Source: Gnetum montanum (Eukaryota; Plantae; Gnetophyta). Taken from it: 63,076 bases of DNA. Positions 24,083 to 39,090 of the stretch are shown piece after piece. Below the pieces are notes generated by a model. That model was given only the letters and a program-made list of their open reading frames with translations. It was not told the DNA's origin and ran no database searches. The stretch spans positions 176,460 through 239,535 of the forward strand of contig MNCI01000673.1 in the NCBI GenBank assembly GCA_015680685.1, in the 5' to 3' direction. The position numbers and the translations under genes are program-made. Within the stretch, counting starts at the first letter, position 1; each line of letters starts with the position of its first letter.

Positions 24083-26172
24083 AATGAGGAAGTTTCTAGA
24101 GCTTAACTATGACTAGTCATAATATAAGCCATGCATACCTTGAGTCATGATCATCAATAAGAATTTGATCTAACTATTATGATTTTGTGAGTTGAGGATC
24201 AATTCATTGATGAACTTGATGCAAATTGAGCCCACCATTAATGTTTTAGTCCTTGCTAAAAATTTTATGATTTTTGTCTTTTAAACTCAATAATCTAGTA
24301 GCCATTTCCATATCTTTCCTCATTAGAGATCCTTGAAAAGCCTTTGTAAATCCTCAGGATCCTTTCTGTATTCCAATCTAAAGCTTTAAAGAGGAGCTTT
24401 AAGCCATTGTGTAGAGGATTTGTAAGTTGTAACTTTTATGGTTTTGTGTCTAAAAAACATGCTAAAGCTTTGTGCCTTGCAGTAGTTACAATGAGTGAAG
24501 GTAGATAAAACTTGAATTCTTAGATATATGATTTCAAAATCTTGATTCTTTTTTAGATTTTCTTCATGATTATTAGGATCTTAATCATTCTTCTTTTTTA
24601 AACATGATGTTTGCGTGTGCAATGCATCATTGGTTTTAGAGAATTTTGTAGGTTTAATGATGATTTCTATTATTATATCAAATTTGTAGCACATTTCAGG
24701 TTTTCCTTTTGAACACTTATGAAATCATGAGCCATGGTTTAGTTATGGTATAGCTTTGTTAACTATATAAGTTAAGCACAAGTCATGGTAAGACACAAAT
24801 CATAGTTAGGTTTTGACATGCATCATTGTGAAGTTATGGTAATTTTCCTATAAATCGTGGTAAGATTTCTCATGGATCATGATCTAATTAATGAGTTGTA
24901 ATATAGTGTTTGCTTAGTAAAATGTCAAGCTTTTGGTAATGATTCTAAAAGAGCTATTTTTATTAGATAATAACAATTACCGTGGTGACTGTAGATAAAA
25001 AGTTGAGTATAACCACAATGATTTCATGAGTTATTAGACTTACTTATGCTTATAGTGTGAATAACCATGTTGGTTGAGAATTTAAAGATAACTTGGTAAA
25101 AGGTGCTGGAGGTTTGTTAGTATCGCACCACAATGTACACCTGGGATTCAAGATATGATCCACAATGTGTTTCTTGGCTTAAGATTATAGTCAGAAGATC
25201 TTGGGTATTCTATAGATTTAGGACTAACTTTGCAATGTTTTCTATGAATTAGAATTATTTGAATTATGTGTTTTTGATATTAGAGGTCTACAATGTATTC
25301 ATTGAATTTAGGATCAATTCTATAATGTGTTTCTTGGTTATAAGGCTATGGATCTTATGATAAATTTTGAGAGTAGTTAGAACACAATTATTAGTATTGG
25401 ATAATTTATGATATTGGGTGTTATAATTATCCTAGGTTTACTGCTAGGTAATGTCTATTACTCTCCATCATAATAGCATAGGGCATTAGTAGCTAGCATT
25501 AGTCTTCTTCTAGGTGGTATTAGCACTTTTCTAGATATCTACTAGTACTAATCCTATAGTAGTCCTAATGTTTTGTTGATATCTAAATAGTCATCTAGTT
25601 GATGTTAGCATGAATATGATTGATGATTTTGGTATCAACAATTTAATATTTATGGTAAAGACCAATTGATAGTTATGATTGTAAATATGAGACCTATCTA
25701 ATCATTGATTCACTACATGAAACTTTAAGACTTTGGTTGTCTTTGTTGAATGAGCATTAACTCTTTCTTACATATGTTGTATGTAGATGGTGCAAGTAGT
25801 GATGTTGGTAGCATGAAGGATATGAATTATACTTACGCATATGGATGCTAAACTAGATGCTTAACTAAAGAATGTTTTGACCTATATATGATGTCTATTA
25901 TATCTTTATTATAATATCTTAGGGTGTTATGAGTTAATTATATACATCAAAATGGCCTAAACTGGATTAGTGATGTTATCTTTTGTGTCATGGATGTAGT
26001 TGTAATGTAGCATAATGTAATTAAAATGTATATGTTGGAATCTTTTATGATGATACAATTTGATGTTAACGTTGGATGATGTATTTCAATGCCCTATTGA
26101 GGTTTTGCTTAATGTATACTTATATTCTAATGTAATTTAGAGAGGTTTGACATAGGTCTTGGAAAAACAATC

Positions 26173-26665
26173 AAACTTGTATATTACATGAATAATTAAT
26201 GATTAAATCATGGAACAAGAAAATCAAATGACCAAACCCCAACATCATGGAAGAATGTTGATGAATTTATAAAATGGTTTTATGAAGCCATAGATTTAGA
26301 ATGTAGAATATTAAATTGAAGAAGAAAAATTGGATATATACATAGTTAATATAAGTAGGTTTTCATACACCATAGTATCAAAATTAATATGCAAGATAAA
26401 ATATGTTCAACTTTGAAAATACTTTAAAGGAAGCCATAAAATCTAGTTTTGATCTTTCAATGATCCATTGTTCTAGCATAATTCATGCAATAGGAAGCTA
26501 AAGGAAACAAGTATGAAGAATAATAAGAAATTGAAGTTGCATGTGAGCATATAAACCAAATTGAAATTCATAAAACACTTGTCTTAAAAACATAGCATTA
26601 CTCCATTTTTGTTACTTAGGGTTCAGAATGCAAAAAACTCAAGTTTTCTTTGCTCATAACATAAA
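26173..26665 (+). repeat. Dispersed repeat of about 500 bp, copy 1 (copy 2 at about 47843-48365)
   Basis: Colinear similarity, e.g. aataattaatgattaa.tcat, gccatagat.tagaatgtagaatattaaatt and aataagaaattgaagttgcat. Confidence 0.75.
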
Positions 26666-26820
26666 ATTAATCAACATAACTAAGGTACCATGGCCACAAG
26701 CATATAACATGAAAAATAATATCAATAGTAATCAAGATATAGTCAAGTTAGACCGGTTAGGAGAAAGCTACTATAAGAATATGTGGTAAAATCTTTAAAA
26801 GTCATAAAAGCTATTGAAAT

Positions 26821-26997
26821 ATGGTTCAATTGGTTAGCTCTTTGTCTAACAAGGATTTGTAGGCAAGAGGTTGCTAATTTGAGTCTCACTTGAGACAATG
26901 TTATCTTCCTCTACAAATCTTCCAATATATCATGTTAGCTACATATTTTGAGGTGTACTTTTAGTCAAATTATTTAAGGTTGAAACACCTCCCTCTT
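26821..26997 (+). mobile_element. Degenerate tRNA-derived SINE, probably related to 21867-22015
   Basis: A-box-like tggttcaattggttag. The 3' body ggtgtac..ttattt..ggtt..aacacc is shared with the 21.9-kb copy. Confidence 0.45.
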
Positions 26998-28297
26998 AAA
27001 TATAATAAAAAATTCTATTTTGAAAATATTACAAAAGAAGTCATTCAAAAAGAACAGAACCAAAATATCTTGGTCTTCTATTTTAATTAATATGTAAAGT
27101 ATGCGTAGTAGCTCATCTTTAGATAATTGAAATAAATATATAGATGGATTAATATTCTTAGGAGAGTATGTATTTATCCACTATACTTATCTAGTGCCAA
27201 CGAAGACAAAGAACATGTTCTTGAATATTCTATAAGTAGATTTATATGATTAAGAAAATCTTTTTGAATCCTTTTCTAATATATTATCAATCCCATTAAA
27301 TAAATTTTATAAGTTCTCTTGAAAAGTAATGAAATATAAATACATTAATTAATTAATTTATTATTCAAATATTATGAGATTGATATATTAGCCTTTTGGC
27401 AATTTTATGCTTGCTAATGTTTAGTAAATAGCTAACTCATGTTAGAGGTATAAAGCACAAGGAATGTAGAAGAATCTAATGGGTGAAATAGAATTATTTT
27501 TCTGAATATATTTTGGTTAATGAGAAAGCAACTTAACTAAGAAGCCTATTGCATTTAAAGTACCATCGTATTATAGTTACATTTTACCAAAGTTTTGTAT
27601 TGGCTTACATATAAATTGAATATATGTAAGCATAATTCTCACTAAGTTAGGCATCCTAAAACTAAAATATTTCCCTTAAAAAATTTTTATAAATTAAAGT
27701 TTACTTGTGATGTTAAGTTGATCCAAGGAAATATTTTTATACTTAGTATAATTGATTGTTAAAAATTTTTAAATAAGGTTTTTGAAAGAAATTTTTTTAA
27801 AAGTTATAAAATACGTGTGCAACTACGTCTTTAATGAAAAATTAATAATTAGACATTCTTTAACGCGTATTGATAATACGGAGCATGGTTTGAACTCTAG
27901 CAATGTAACCCGCACCCTTAGGCTTTCAATTCCATATCCAGTCACGGAAAAGGCAATAGCTTAACCCTTTTACCAACATTGTCGCTTGCTGCCTTGCCTC
28001 TATTCCAAAAGGAATTTTCCAGGTTTCCTAGGTTTGAATGTCATGAATAAAATTCGTACGAATTTATGACAAAGTTTGGTAATCGCGAAGGTTAACATTA
28101 ATTTTTTTGTCGTCTACATCGTGGTCAATGTACGTACAACTCTGAATCTGCATCGTGTGTGACAATAAAAAGGGATTCCGTCTTCTCAGGGATAAAAGGG
28201 GGATTCCGTGTTGGAAGAAAAAGGCATGCAATGCATTATTTTGCCATGAAAATGTTGTCGAAATGCCTCCGTTTTAGAAGATTGGAAACAAGGGTAC

Positions 28298-29151
28298 ATT
28301 TATTTATATTTATTTATTTATTATACACAAGGTAAATTGGGGTTGGTAGCATAATCCCTACTCATAGGGGTAACTTGGGGTTGGTATTACAACACCTACC
28401 GACACAGGTAAAAATGGCCCTGTTACAAGACTGAGAGATAAGTGTCCTGACTACTTGCCCTGCACCCCTGTGTAACTTCAAAATAAAAATGACAGTCATT
28501 TAATGTCAATAAATTCTTAAAACCAGTCACAATTTTGTGGGTATGTTGGAATTTGTCTAAATATTCAAAATTAAATTGACAGTCATTTAATGTCAATAAA
28601 TTCTTAAAACCATTCACAATTTTGTGGGTATGTTGGAATTTGTCTAAATATAGAAAACAGAGGATTAAATCATTTTCTTCTAGACGCAGAAGGAACAAGG
28701 GTAATCCTTGAGACCTGATGATGTTGATTTTGCTATAAGTTTTTCCAAGCACCAACAAGTCTGCTCATTCCAAAGTAAGAAAGAGAGCTTGGCAGTCATT
28801 TCTTCATCCGACAACACGTTTTTTTTTGTTTGGGTTTGACATCAGAGTGAACAATAGCAGGAGTAACATAACTCACTTGCCACTTCTTTCATAATCCTTA
28901 CTCCGCTCTGCATTTTAATTCCTGAATGCCCAATTCTCAAGCGTTTCATATAGGATTTGGCGAAGTTTTCCGGTAGGCATTAATGGAAGAAACAGAGCCT
29001 TTAGTTTTTCTTCAAAGCATTCTGTGATTACTTTCACAATGTTTCTATAGCAAATTGCTCCGAGAGTTTCACATTCTCTTAAAAAACTCTTCTCTAAAGA
29101 CAAGTGTTTATGATTGAAAGATGATAAGAAGAAAATTTTTATTGCCGCCGT
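28298..29151 (-). mobile_element. Probable decayed LINE 3' end (CCHC-like remnant and AATA tail)
   Basis: Minus-strand CSFC..ENDLILCFLY remnant across frames and an (AATA)n tail at 28298-28324. Confidence 0.35.
28477..28651. repeat. 87-bp tandem duplication
   Basis: ttcaaaa..gacagtcatttaatgtcaataaattcttaaaacca.tcacaattttgtgggtatgttggaatttgtctaaata occurs twice. Confidence 0.9.
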
Positions 29152-29156
29152 AGTTC

Positions 29157-29657
29157 TGCTGGGAAAACGACAGAAACAGAGGATCGGCTAAAGAGTAAAA
29201 ATCAAGCGCAAAACAGAAAACAGAACACATGTGGTAAAATCTAGAAATATTCACGGAGAAGGCAAAAGAATTTTATTAGGATGAATCGGTGATTACAAGG
29301 CTTCTCTTACTCTTCACAATTACACATTACACTATGCCTGTATTTATAGCATATTCTCACATTATGCCTGTATTTATAGCATAGTCTCTCTTGATTTTCT
29401 AGTGCTTAACTTTAGTAATACTTGGATTACAAGTAAAGGAGAATCCAAATTACATCTGGTGCTTAACTTTAGTAATACGAGATAAGTTATGTTGAGTTAA
29501 AAAGCAACTCAATTTTATATTTACAAATTTCTCAAAAAAATCAGAAAATTAAAGTTCTAAAAAAAAAAAAACAAAAATGAAAACATCAATTCTCAAAACA
29601 AAAAAGGGAAATATTAGAGAAGGAAAAAACACAAGATAACTTGTTATCGACTCAACA
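29157..29657 (-). repeat. 3' LTR of the Tork-like Copia
   Basis: TG...CA termini, similar to 33707-34143, with a PPT-like rc ggtggaaat adjacent. Confidence 0.85.
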
Positions 29658-32600
29658 ATTTCCACCAACAAACTCACTTTGTCTTGCCCAAAAAACTTTT
29701 CATCATGTTTCTTGTAAGCCTATGAAGTCCAAGCAACACTTGAACTTCTTCAACAATATTAGCTTTGGCTTTGTTTAACATGTTTGTGCAATTCTGACTT
29801 GTATGGATTTTCTCAAGCAATACTTCACCTTCTTCAATAGCATGTCTTATCTAATGATATTTGGTGCAAATATGTTTTATTCTACTGTGACGAATTGGAT
29901 TCTTAGCTAAATATATAACACTTTGATTATTACAAAATATTTTAACCTTTTCCTCTATGATGCCCAACTTACACAATATGCCTTGCAACCAAAAAGTTTC
30001 CTTACAAACTTCTGCAACAGCCATGTGCTTTGTTTCAGTGTTAGATAGTACTACAACATACTATAATTTTGACATTCAACTGATTGAACCTACTACAAGA
30101 ATAAAGACATAACCTGTGGTAGATCTGCTCTTATCTAAGTCACTTGCATAGTTAGGACAAAACCTATAATCTCACTGTTATCTTTATTATATGTGATACA
30201 ATAATTCTTAGTGCCCTTTAAATAATGAAGCACTCGTTTCATTACAACCTAATGGCCTTTACCAGGATTTACCATAAATTTACTGATAATTCAAATTGTA
30301 AAAAGGACTATCTAGTCTTGTACATACTATGGCATACATTAAATTTTCTACTATGTTTGCATAAGGCACATAAGACATATATTGTTTTTTTTTTCTTCCA
30401 AACTAGAACATAAATTTGAAGAAAACTCAAAATGAGTTGCAAAAAGGGTACTTACAAGTTTAACATCTATCATATTAAAAAGCATGAGGATTTTCTGAAT
30501 GTATTTTTCTTATGAAAACCATAGCTTATCATTTTTTTGTCTCTATATATCTCTATGCCCAAGATTTGACTTGGTGCTCCTACATTTTTCATATCAAATG
30601 TCCTAGATAACTAAGCCTTTAATTGTTTGATTTCCAATATACTTTGGCTTGCAAAAAGCATGTCATCAACATATAATATCAAAACTACAAACATGGCATT
30701 GGCACTATGTTTAAAATACACACAATGGTTATATTCACTTTTTTGGAAATTATGGCTCAACATGAAAGAATCAAACCTTTTGTACCATTACTTAGATGAT
30801 TGGTTTAGGCCATATAATGATTTCTTGATTTTGCAAACCAAATCTTCGCTATCTATTTGTACAAAACCTTCTAGTTATTTCATATATATTTCCTCATTTA
30901 AGTAACTATGCAGAAATGCTATTTTCACATCTAATTGTTCTAATTCCATGTCAAATAAAACAACTAGAGCCAACCAAATTTGAACAGAAACTAATTTTAT
31001 AGCTAGTGAAAAAATTTATGTGAAATCTATACCTTTCTTTTGTGAATATCTTTTTACTACCAGTCTTGCATTGTACCTGTCAATTTCGCCATTAAGTGTT
31101 TTCTTTAATTTGTAGACTCATTTATAGCCAATAGCTTTTCTACCTTTTGAAAGCTCCACCAAAATTCATGTTTCATTTTTCTCCAAAGAATCTATCTTCT
31201 CTTGTATTGCTTTTTTTCATTTAGAACTAGAAGCATCTCCTATAGTTTCTTGATACATGTTTAGTTTTGTTCCATCGGAAAATAATGTAAGTGTAACATA
31301 ATCATCAAATTTCTTAGGAGAAATACTTACTCATGTAGATCTTCTTGTAACATAATTATCAAATTTCTTAGGAGAAATACTTATGTAGATTTTCTTAAAG
31401 GTTGTGCTACTATATTTTTTTTTGTCTCTTCATTTGACACACATTCTTTAGGTAATTGAAGCTCTTTCTATTATCTAATTGAAGATGACTAAGTCTCCAA
31501 CTCAACTAGTTGATTACTAGGTACAGTTATTTGTTTCTATCCACCTTTTACTTCCTGCTCCATAGTATTAGAGGATTCATAAAAAACTATATACTTGTTG
31601 TAGATGAATTTATGGTTAGTAGGATTCCATAATCTATACCCCTTAACATCATCATAATACCCAACAAAGATATACTTTCTAGATTTGGGATCTAATTTTG
31701 ATTGTTGATGTTTCAGAACTAGAGCATATGCAGTACAACTAAAACCTCTAAGAAAAGAATAATTAGAAGAATGACTTGTCCATATCTCTTCTAGAGTTTT
31801 ACAATCTACTGTAGCTGTTGGTGATCTATCAACTAAGAAACATATTGTTGAAATAACCTATGCCCGAAATTCCTGATCCAAACTAGCATTGCTCATGATG
31901 CATCTTGCCCTTTCAAGAAGAGTTTTATTCATGCATTTTGCAACTCCATTTTGCTCAGGAGTATAGGCCATTGTCTTATGTTTTTTAATCCCAACTTTCT
32001 TGCAATAATTTTCAAACTCTATAGAGTTGAGCTTTCCTTTGTTATCTATTTTCAAACATTTAATTAATTTACATGTACTCTTTTCAATCCAAGATTTAGA
32101 TTGCTTAAATACACAAAAAACATCAAATCTATTTTTCAATATATAGACCCAAAATTTCTTAGAAAAATCATCACTAAATTTGACAAAATATAAATTGCCT
32201 CCAAGTGATACCTTAGGTGATGTATCCCATATATATGAATGTATATAATCAAGAATATCTTTGCTTTTATGCTTTCCTACCTTAAATTTATTTCCTGATT
32301 ACTTTCCAAAAATACAATGTTCCTAAGGTTTCAAATTGAAAGGTTTTAATTTTGGGAGCAAAATGTGCTTCATCAAAATTTGTAATATTGTCTCTCTCAT
32401 GTGACCCAAATGTTGATGCCATAAATAAGAAGAATATAAATTTTCAAGAGAAGCTTAATTAGCAAAGTTTATTACTGTAGCACTTTGTGACTTATGAATA
32501 TTATTATTACATTTATTAGCTTTCATCACTACCAACGCTCCTTTGATAATTTTCAAAATGCTTTTACCATCCTTAAAATCATAACCTTTTGAGTCTAATG

Positions 32601-33706
32601 CTCCTAAAAAAATTAAATTCTTTTTCAAATCAAGTACATGTTTTACATCTTCTAGTATTCGAATAATACCATCAAAAATTTTAATTTTGATACTTTCTTT
32701 CCTCATAATTTTACAAGAATAATCATCACCAAGATAAATAACTCCACCATCATATGATTCATAATTGATAAACCAATATCTATGTGGATACATGTGATTC
32801 TAATAAGAAATCATCATGATACTGAATACTAGTATAAGTAGCAAAAATTTCATTAATAATCATAATTGAATCCTGAATTACCAAATTTACTTGTTTGGAT
32901 TTTTCATTGAATCCCTAGTTTTGATCTTTTTGTTTACTCCAATAGTCCTTTCTAAGGAATTCAGTTTTACCATAATGCCAAGATTTTGCTTTACTTTTCT
33001 TACCTCTTGATTTCGATCAACCTTTGTATGATTTAGTTTTTTCCATAGTTCTTTGTCTTGCCACCACAACATTAGAAGCTTACTCAGAAACTGAAGTAGA
33101 TGCTCTCCAAATTTCTTCCTATAATAAAGTTGCAATAACTCCTTTTAGGGATATATCATCTCTTCCATACATTAATGTTGTGACAAGAACACTAGGATGG
33201 TAGTAATGATTTAAGGATGCAAACTACCTAATCCTTACCATCTATATTAACATCCAAATCTAACAAATTTTTCACATAAGAATTGAAAGGATTTAAATGT
33301 TCATGGATACTTACACCTTCTTTCATCTATAATGACCAAAATTCAAACTTAAGTTGGATGCTATTTGAAGAGCACATTATCATATACAATGATTCTAGCT
33401 TCATCCATGAGTCTACTGCAAAAGTTGCCCCACCGTCATTGTACTTCACTTCATCTTCTAAGCATAAATGCATGGTAATGGGAACCTTCATATCAATTTC
33501 CTCCTAAGTGTCATCATCCATTGCACTAGGCCTTTTACTCTTACTATCAAGAGCCTTGTGCAACCCTTGATGCACTAGCAAATCCTACACCTTCATTTTT
33601 CATAATCCAAAGATTCCTCTACTATCAAAAATTTCAATGTCAAACTTTGTAGTTCTTGACAAGCCGACCATTTTTGGTAATTTCTAACCTTTACTTTGAT
33701 ACCAAT

Positions 33707-34143
33707 TATTGGAAAAATGACAAAATAAGAGGATTGATGGAATAGTGAAAATAAAGAGAAAAATAGAACATACAAGATATACATGGTCAAACCATTCAAT
33801 GTGATGGAAAATATCCATGGGACAAGGCAAAAGAATGTTATTCAAGATGAACCAGTGAGTACAAGGCTTCTCTTACTCTATGCAATTACACATAACAAGA
33901 TCATACTATGCCTGAATTTATAACATAGTCTCTCTTGATTTTCTAGTGCTTAACTTTAGTAATCCCTAGATTACAAGTGAAAGAGAATCCAAGTTATATC
34001 TAGTGCTTAACTTTAGTAATGCCTAGATTACAAGTAGAAAAGATTACTAGTTACATTGAATTAAACAACAGCTGAATTTTATGTTTACCATTTTTCCAAA
34101 AAAANAAAAAAAAATTACAAGATAACTTGTTGTCAACTCAACA
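33707..34143 (-). repeat. 5' LTR of the Tork-like Copia
   Basis: Adjacent to the PBS and ends ctcaaca followed by the TSD. Confidence 0.85.
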
Positions 34144-37100
34144 AGTTCCTTTGAAAATTCCTTTGTAAATTTACCCTTGTTCACCTTGGCTAAGAAAATT
34201 CTTGTTGACAAAGTTATCAATGTCTCTGGAAATTTCATATTTTGCTATAAAGTTGAACTATTGTTTATCTTGGATTTTTGCATTTCTTGATGATAGCCTA
34301 GTGTTCCTTAGATGAAAGAAGAAACACATAAACAAGGAAATCAAAAGAGATACCTATTGAGATAAAGATAACCATTAAAATCTTAAGGATATTTGAATTT
34401 CTCTTGTCCTCTTTTTTATAGATAATGATGCAAAAAGCTTTGGGAGGGAGATATGAACTTGCTAAAAATATGTTTTATTTAGGTTTTTAAACCCACATGA
34501 ACATGATGCTATAATGCCTTAAAAGTTATGGGAAAAGATCAATAACTTGGAGAGATTAGAGCTTCTATTAAATGGACTCTGCTAAAATTACACTAAAATG
34601 GTTAAAGGTGAGATTTAGTCTATGCATAGTTAAACATTCTTGAATGATTAAGCTTATCTCATAAAAAATTTGACTATTGGAAAGATCAATGTTTTGTACC
34701 ATGTACATGTCTCTAATTTCATAAAGGTATGTATTCACTCAAATTGTTTCTTGATAGGTCAAAATCCCCTTGTGTTTGAGATTAACAACTTCCTTCAAAA
34801 TGGGTTCTCTAAACATGTTGTTAGAAAGATGAAAGATCTAAACTATCAAGAAGATCATACTTGGCTACCTTACCATAGTAGTAGAATGTTTCATGTTTAC
34901 AATATTAGAATGTTTCAATTTCTAGCATTATTTCTAAGGGTGTTGTAACTACAATCATCTTGCTTTGTAAAATTTCCTCTACTTAGTGTTCCCTATATAT
35001 TAAGTTTTCTATCCTCTTTTTTACATTCTTTGGATGGTTTCCATTCAACCTCTACTTAAGAATTGTATAAATATGTACACAGTGTAAACCTCAAAATGTA
35101 GATTTGTCGCATTCTTCTTCTACCTAATTATATTTCCTTTTCCATTACTCTCTATTTTTAACATGGTATTAGAGCATGGTTCTTTCATTTTTTTGGTTTG
35201 TAGAATCATTTTGCTAGTTTCCAATCATTTCATTATTGCATAAACATTTTCATAATGGCATATTGTCAAGCTTTAAGGCATGGATGATTCATCTATGAAC
35301 ATTATGGATGGATAGGCTACACCATTAAAAATTCATGGATATAAGCTTCATGGATATCCTCTTGGACATAAAAGAGGATAGTCTGCTATGAATGAAAATC
35401 TGGTTAGAGGGCACAATAGTAAATTTTTTTTGTCATTCTCTCTCATAAAATAGTAGTATAAATAACTCATTTCAATTTTGAATGATCACCAAAATGCTAC
35501 AATTCAAGTAGACAAATTACAACCAGAAATAAATTCTTTAGGCAGTTCTATTTGCTTAGCCTTAGTTAATGATTCAACATCATGGATCCATAGGGTTAAG
35601 TTATTTTCTTTTTTTTTCATATCACATCCAAACTAGATACTTCTGTAAAATTGCCTAATGGTACTATTGCATTTGTTTCCCATGTTGGAATTGTGAATAC
35701 ACTAGATTCAATAGTTTTAAAGGATGTTCTCTATGTTTCTTTCCTTCAAATTCGATCTAATATCTATTAGAAAACTAGTTTTCTATATAAATTGCAAAGT
35801 AACCTTCTCCTTTGATTGGTGTATTATATAGAACCAAGCCTTGAGGAAGATGATTAGAGTGGGTAAAGAAATGACTGGTATATACCTTCTTCATCCTTCC
35901 ACCAAGGTTTCAAATAAGTTTAATAAATATTTTTTTCATTATGTATTTGTTGTTTCTTCATTTGATTTATGGCATAAATGATTGGGACATTTATATAGTA
36001 CTTGGTTGCACTTATTAGTCAAAAATACATATGAAATTTCTATTTCTCATCCATTACATTTTGGTATTTACCTAATTGCTAAACAAGCTTGATCATCATT
36101 TTCTTATAGTTCTATTTTAGGCATTGCATCTTTTCAACTAATTTATTATGACATATGGGATCCCTACAAAACACCTTCCCGGATTGGTACATTGTTCTTT
36201 TTGACTATAGTTGATGATTTAACTAGATGTACCTGGGTGTTTCTTATGTGACACAAAATTGAATCCCATTTTCCATTGAAATATTTTTGCCCATTAGTTA
36301 AAACACAATTTAGTTGTAAAATCCAACAAATTCAAAGTGATAATGATATTGAATTTAGTATGCATTCCTTTTATCAAGAAAAATGTATCATTCATCAATG
36401 TAGTTGTGTTGCTACCCTTCAATAACATGACATATTTTAGTGAAAACATTGACATAAACCTATTACTCTTACTTCTTCATTACCTGAAGTTACACCTTTT
36501 TTTTTAGAAAATCAGTTACCCAATGCATCAATTGAACAATAATTAATGGTTGATAATGAACAAACATTTGATAATATGTCTCTTTCACATTTCTTACCAA
36601 GATGATCCACCCATATTTAGCATACTCCAAGTTAATTCTAAGATTATGATTGTCACCCTACTATTCATTCATCAACCACTTCATCATCTTCCTCATTAGC
36701 AAGGCCTATGGTAAGCATTGCTTATTCCATTTTACAATTTTTTTCATATAGAAACATTTTACAAAACATCAAGCCTATTCTATAGCTATTCATCTCATAG
36801 AATGTTAAGGATTTTCACTTAAGCAATCAAGGATCCAAGATGATGGGAGGTAATGGTAGTAGAAATTCATGCATTGGAGTCCAACAATACTTGGGCACTT
36901 GCTTATTTACCTTATCATAAAAGGACCATTGGTTCTAACTAGGTGTTCAAGATTAAATACAAACTTGATGGAACCATTGAGCACTACAAGGCTCATCTTG
37001 TAGCTAAGGAATACACTTAGAAATAAGGTTTGGATTTTCAGGAAACTTTTGCATCTATTGCTAAAGTTACTAAAGTTAGATGTATTTTGGCAGTTGTAGC

Positions 37101-38225
37101 CATTCAAAATTGATACCTTCATATATTAAATGTTAATAATGCATTTCTTCATGATGATCTTAAAGAAGAGGTTTACATGACTCTTCCTCCTGATTTTGGT
37201 ATGCTAGGAAAAACACATGTTTGCCACTTCAACAAATCTCTATATGGGCTCAAGTAAGCTTTGAGAAAATGGTTTTAAAAACTATATTATACTCTCATTG
37301 ATGTTGGCTATACTCAATCAAAAGTTGATCATCCTCTCTTTACATGCACAACAATAGCTTCCTTTATGGTAGTGTTGGTTTATGTAGATGATATCATTGT
37401 TGTTGGAAATAATCTTATCTCCATTGTAGCTCTCAAAAGGTTTTCTCATAGTCAATTTCAAGTTAAATATTTGAGGCCACTCAAATATTTCCTTAGTATT
37501 AAAATTTCTTACTCTAGTAAGGGTATTCATCTTTCACAAATAAAGTATGCTTTAGATATTTTTAAAGATACAAGTTTTCTTGGTTCATGACCTTCATTTC
37601 CAATGGAGTAGAATTTACAACTAGACCTTTATTGAAGAATTCATCATCATATCACCACCTTGTGAAATGTCTCATCTACATCACTATTACTTGCCTTGAC
37701 ATTACATATTTAATTCATACCTTAAGTCAATTCTTAGATAAGCCTCGGTAGACCCATCTTGATGTAGCTCATAGAATTCTTAGATATCTAAAGAAAGCAC
37801 TAGTTTAGGGAATTTTATTCTCTTCCTCAAGTCCTCTTCAATAACATGCATACTATGATTTTGATTGAGCTAGCTGCACCAATACTTGTAGATCTATCAT
37901 TGGGTATTATAACTTTCTTGGAGCTTCTCGACTTTCATGGAAATAAAAAACAATCCATTATCTCCCATTCCTCTCTTGAAATAGAATATCCACTTAGTTT
38001 TTCAATTTGTTAAAGGATTTGCATATATCTCATCCTCAACCAGCAACTTTATGTTATGATAACAAGGCTACTCTACATATCGTTGCTAATCCAATTTTCC
38101 ATAGACAAATCAAACATATTGAGATTGCTTATCATATTATTTGTGAAAATATCCAATATGGAATAGTTCAAACAACTCACCTACCCATTGCACATCAACT
38201 TGCTAATCTCTTTATAAAACCTCTT

Positions 38226-39090
38226 TGATGAGCAGTGAGATACCCCTACACTCAACCATACAAATACGAGCATGTATGTGTGATTTGGTTGAACGCTGTA
38301 GATGGACTAGTTGTGGCACCTAGATAGTTACACATTGATCGTAATTTGTTGTCTTCCCACCTAGACTAGTATTTGCTTTGTCACATATGGTTTAGTCCAA
38401 AGTGAGGTGTATGATGTGATTTCTAATTAATATGCTACTCCTAAAGACAATGAGAAATGACTTGAGTAGACTAATAGAGAATGGAAAATAAAATCTAAGC
38501 TAGCCTAGGTGTGATAAGCATCCATCTTTAATCATTCATACACATCTTAGACCTTGTGTACTACTTCTGGGGTTGCCAAGAGCACATTACTTGAGCACTA
38601 CTAAATATGCTACTGGATTACCAAGTAGTTACACTTTAAATGTTCGTGATTAATCCATACTCATTCTGCATTAACAATAGGAATAGGAAATGCCGATAAT
38701 GAAATATTAACTAAGAAAATAATAAATAATAACTAACAATTAAACAATTAAAGACTAAGTGAATACTACAATGATGGAGTAATCTTAATCTTTATTGCTG
38801 ATTGTGTGCATGTCCAAGTACATCACACTCAAACAAAGGTTCCGTACAATTACAAACATCACATTAAGGGCATGCACTTGGGAAAGAATTGAAAACTAAC
38901 TAAAAATTGACAAAAAGACTTGACCCTAAAGACTTACCAACTGACTCCTTTCTTGTATACTTGAGTGCTATATTTATAGGCCAACACAAGAATCACAATA
39001 TCATGTACTCGATATTATTATCTAGGTTGCGATATTGCATACTTGATATCGAGTACCCAATATTAGGGCTTGGCAAACTGCTATTCATCA
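38226..39090 (-). repeat. 3' LTR of Athila-like copy A
   Basis: Colinear with 46629-47493. Confidence 0.92.

Larger units (their letters stand above)
29157..34143 (-). mobile_element. Degenerate Ty1/Copia (Tork/Tnt1-like) LTR retrotransposon with both LTRs
   Basis: TSD AGTTC at 29152-29156 and 34144-34148. LTRs at 29157-29657 and 33707-34143. Met-tRNA PBS (rc TGGTATCAAAG) at about 33694-33704. Gag (LLVHQGLHKAL), protease-region, integrase (YTPEQNGVAKCMNKTLLERAR) and RT (YVDDML) remnants. Confidence 0.93.

Noticed and set aside
24100-25400. Possible decayed DNA transposon with CATG-rich subterminal repeats
   Set aside because: No TIRs, TSD or transposase could be identified by eye.
38226-39090. 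Retrozyme (hammerhead in the LTRs of the non-autonomous elements)
   Set aside because: I found no CTGANGA...GAAA core in these LTRs on either strand.
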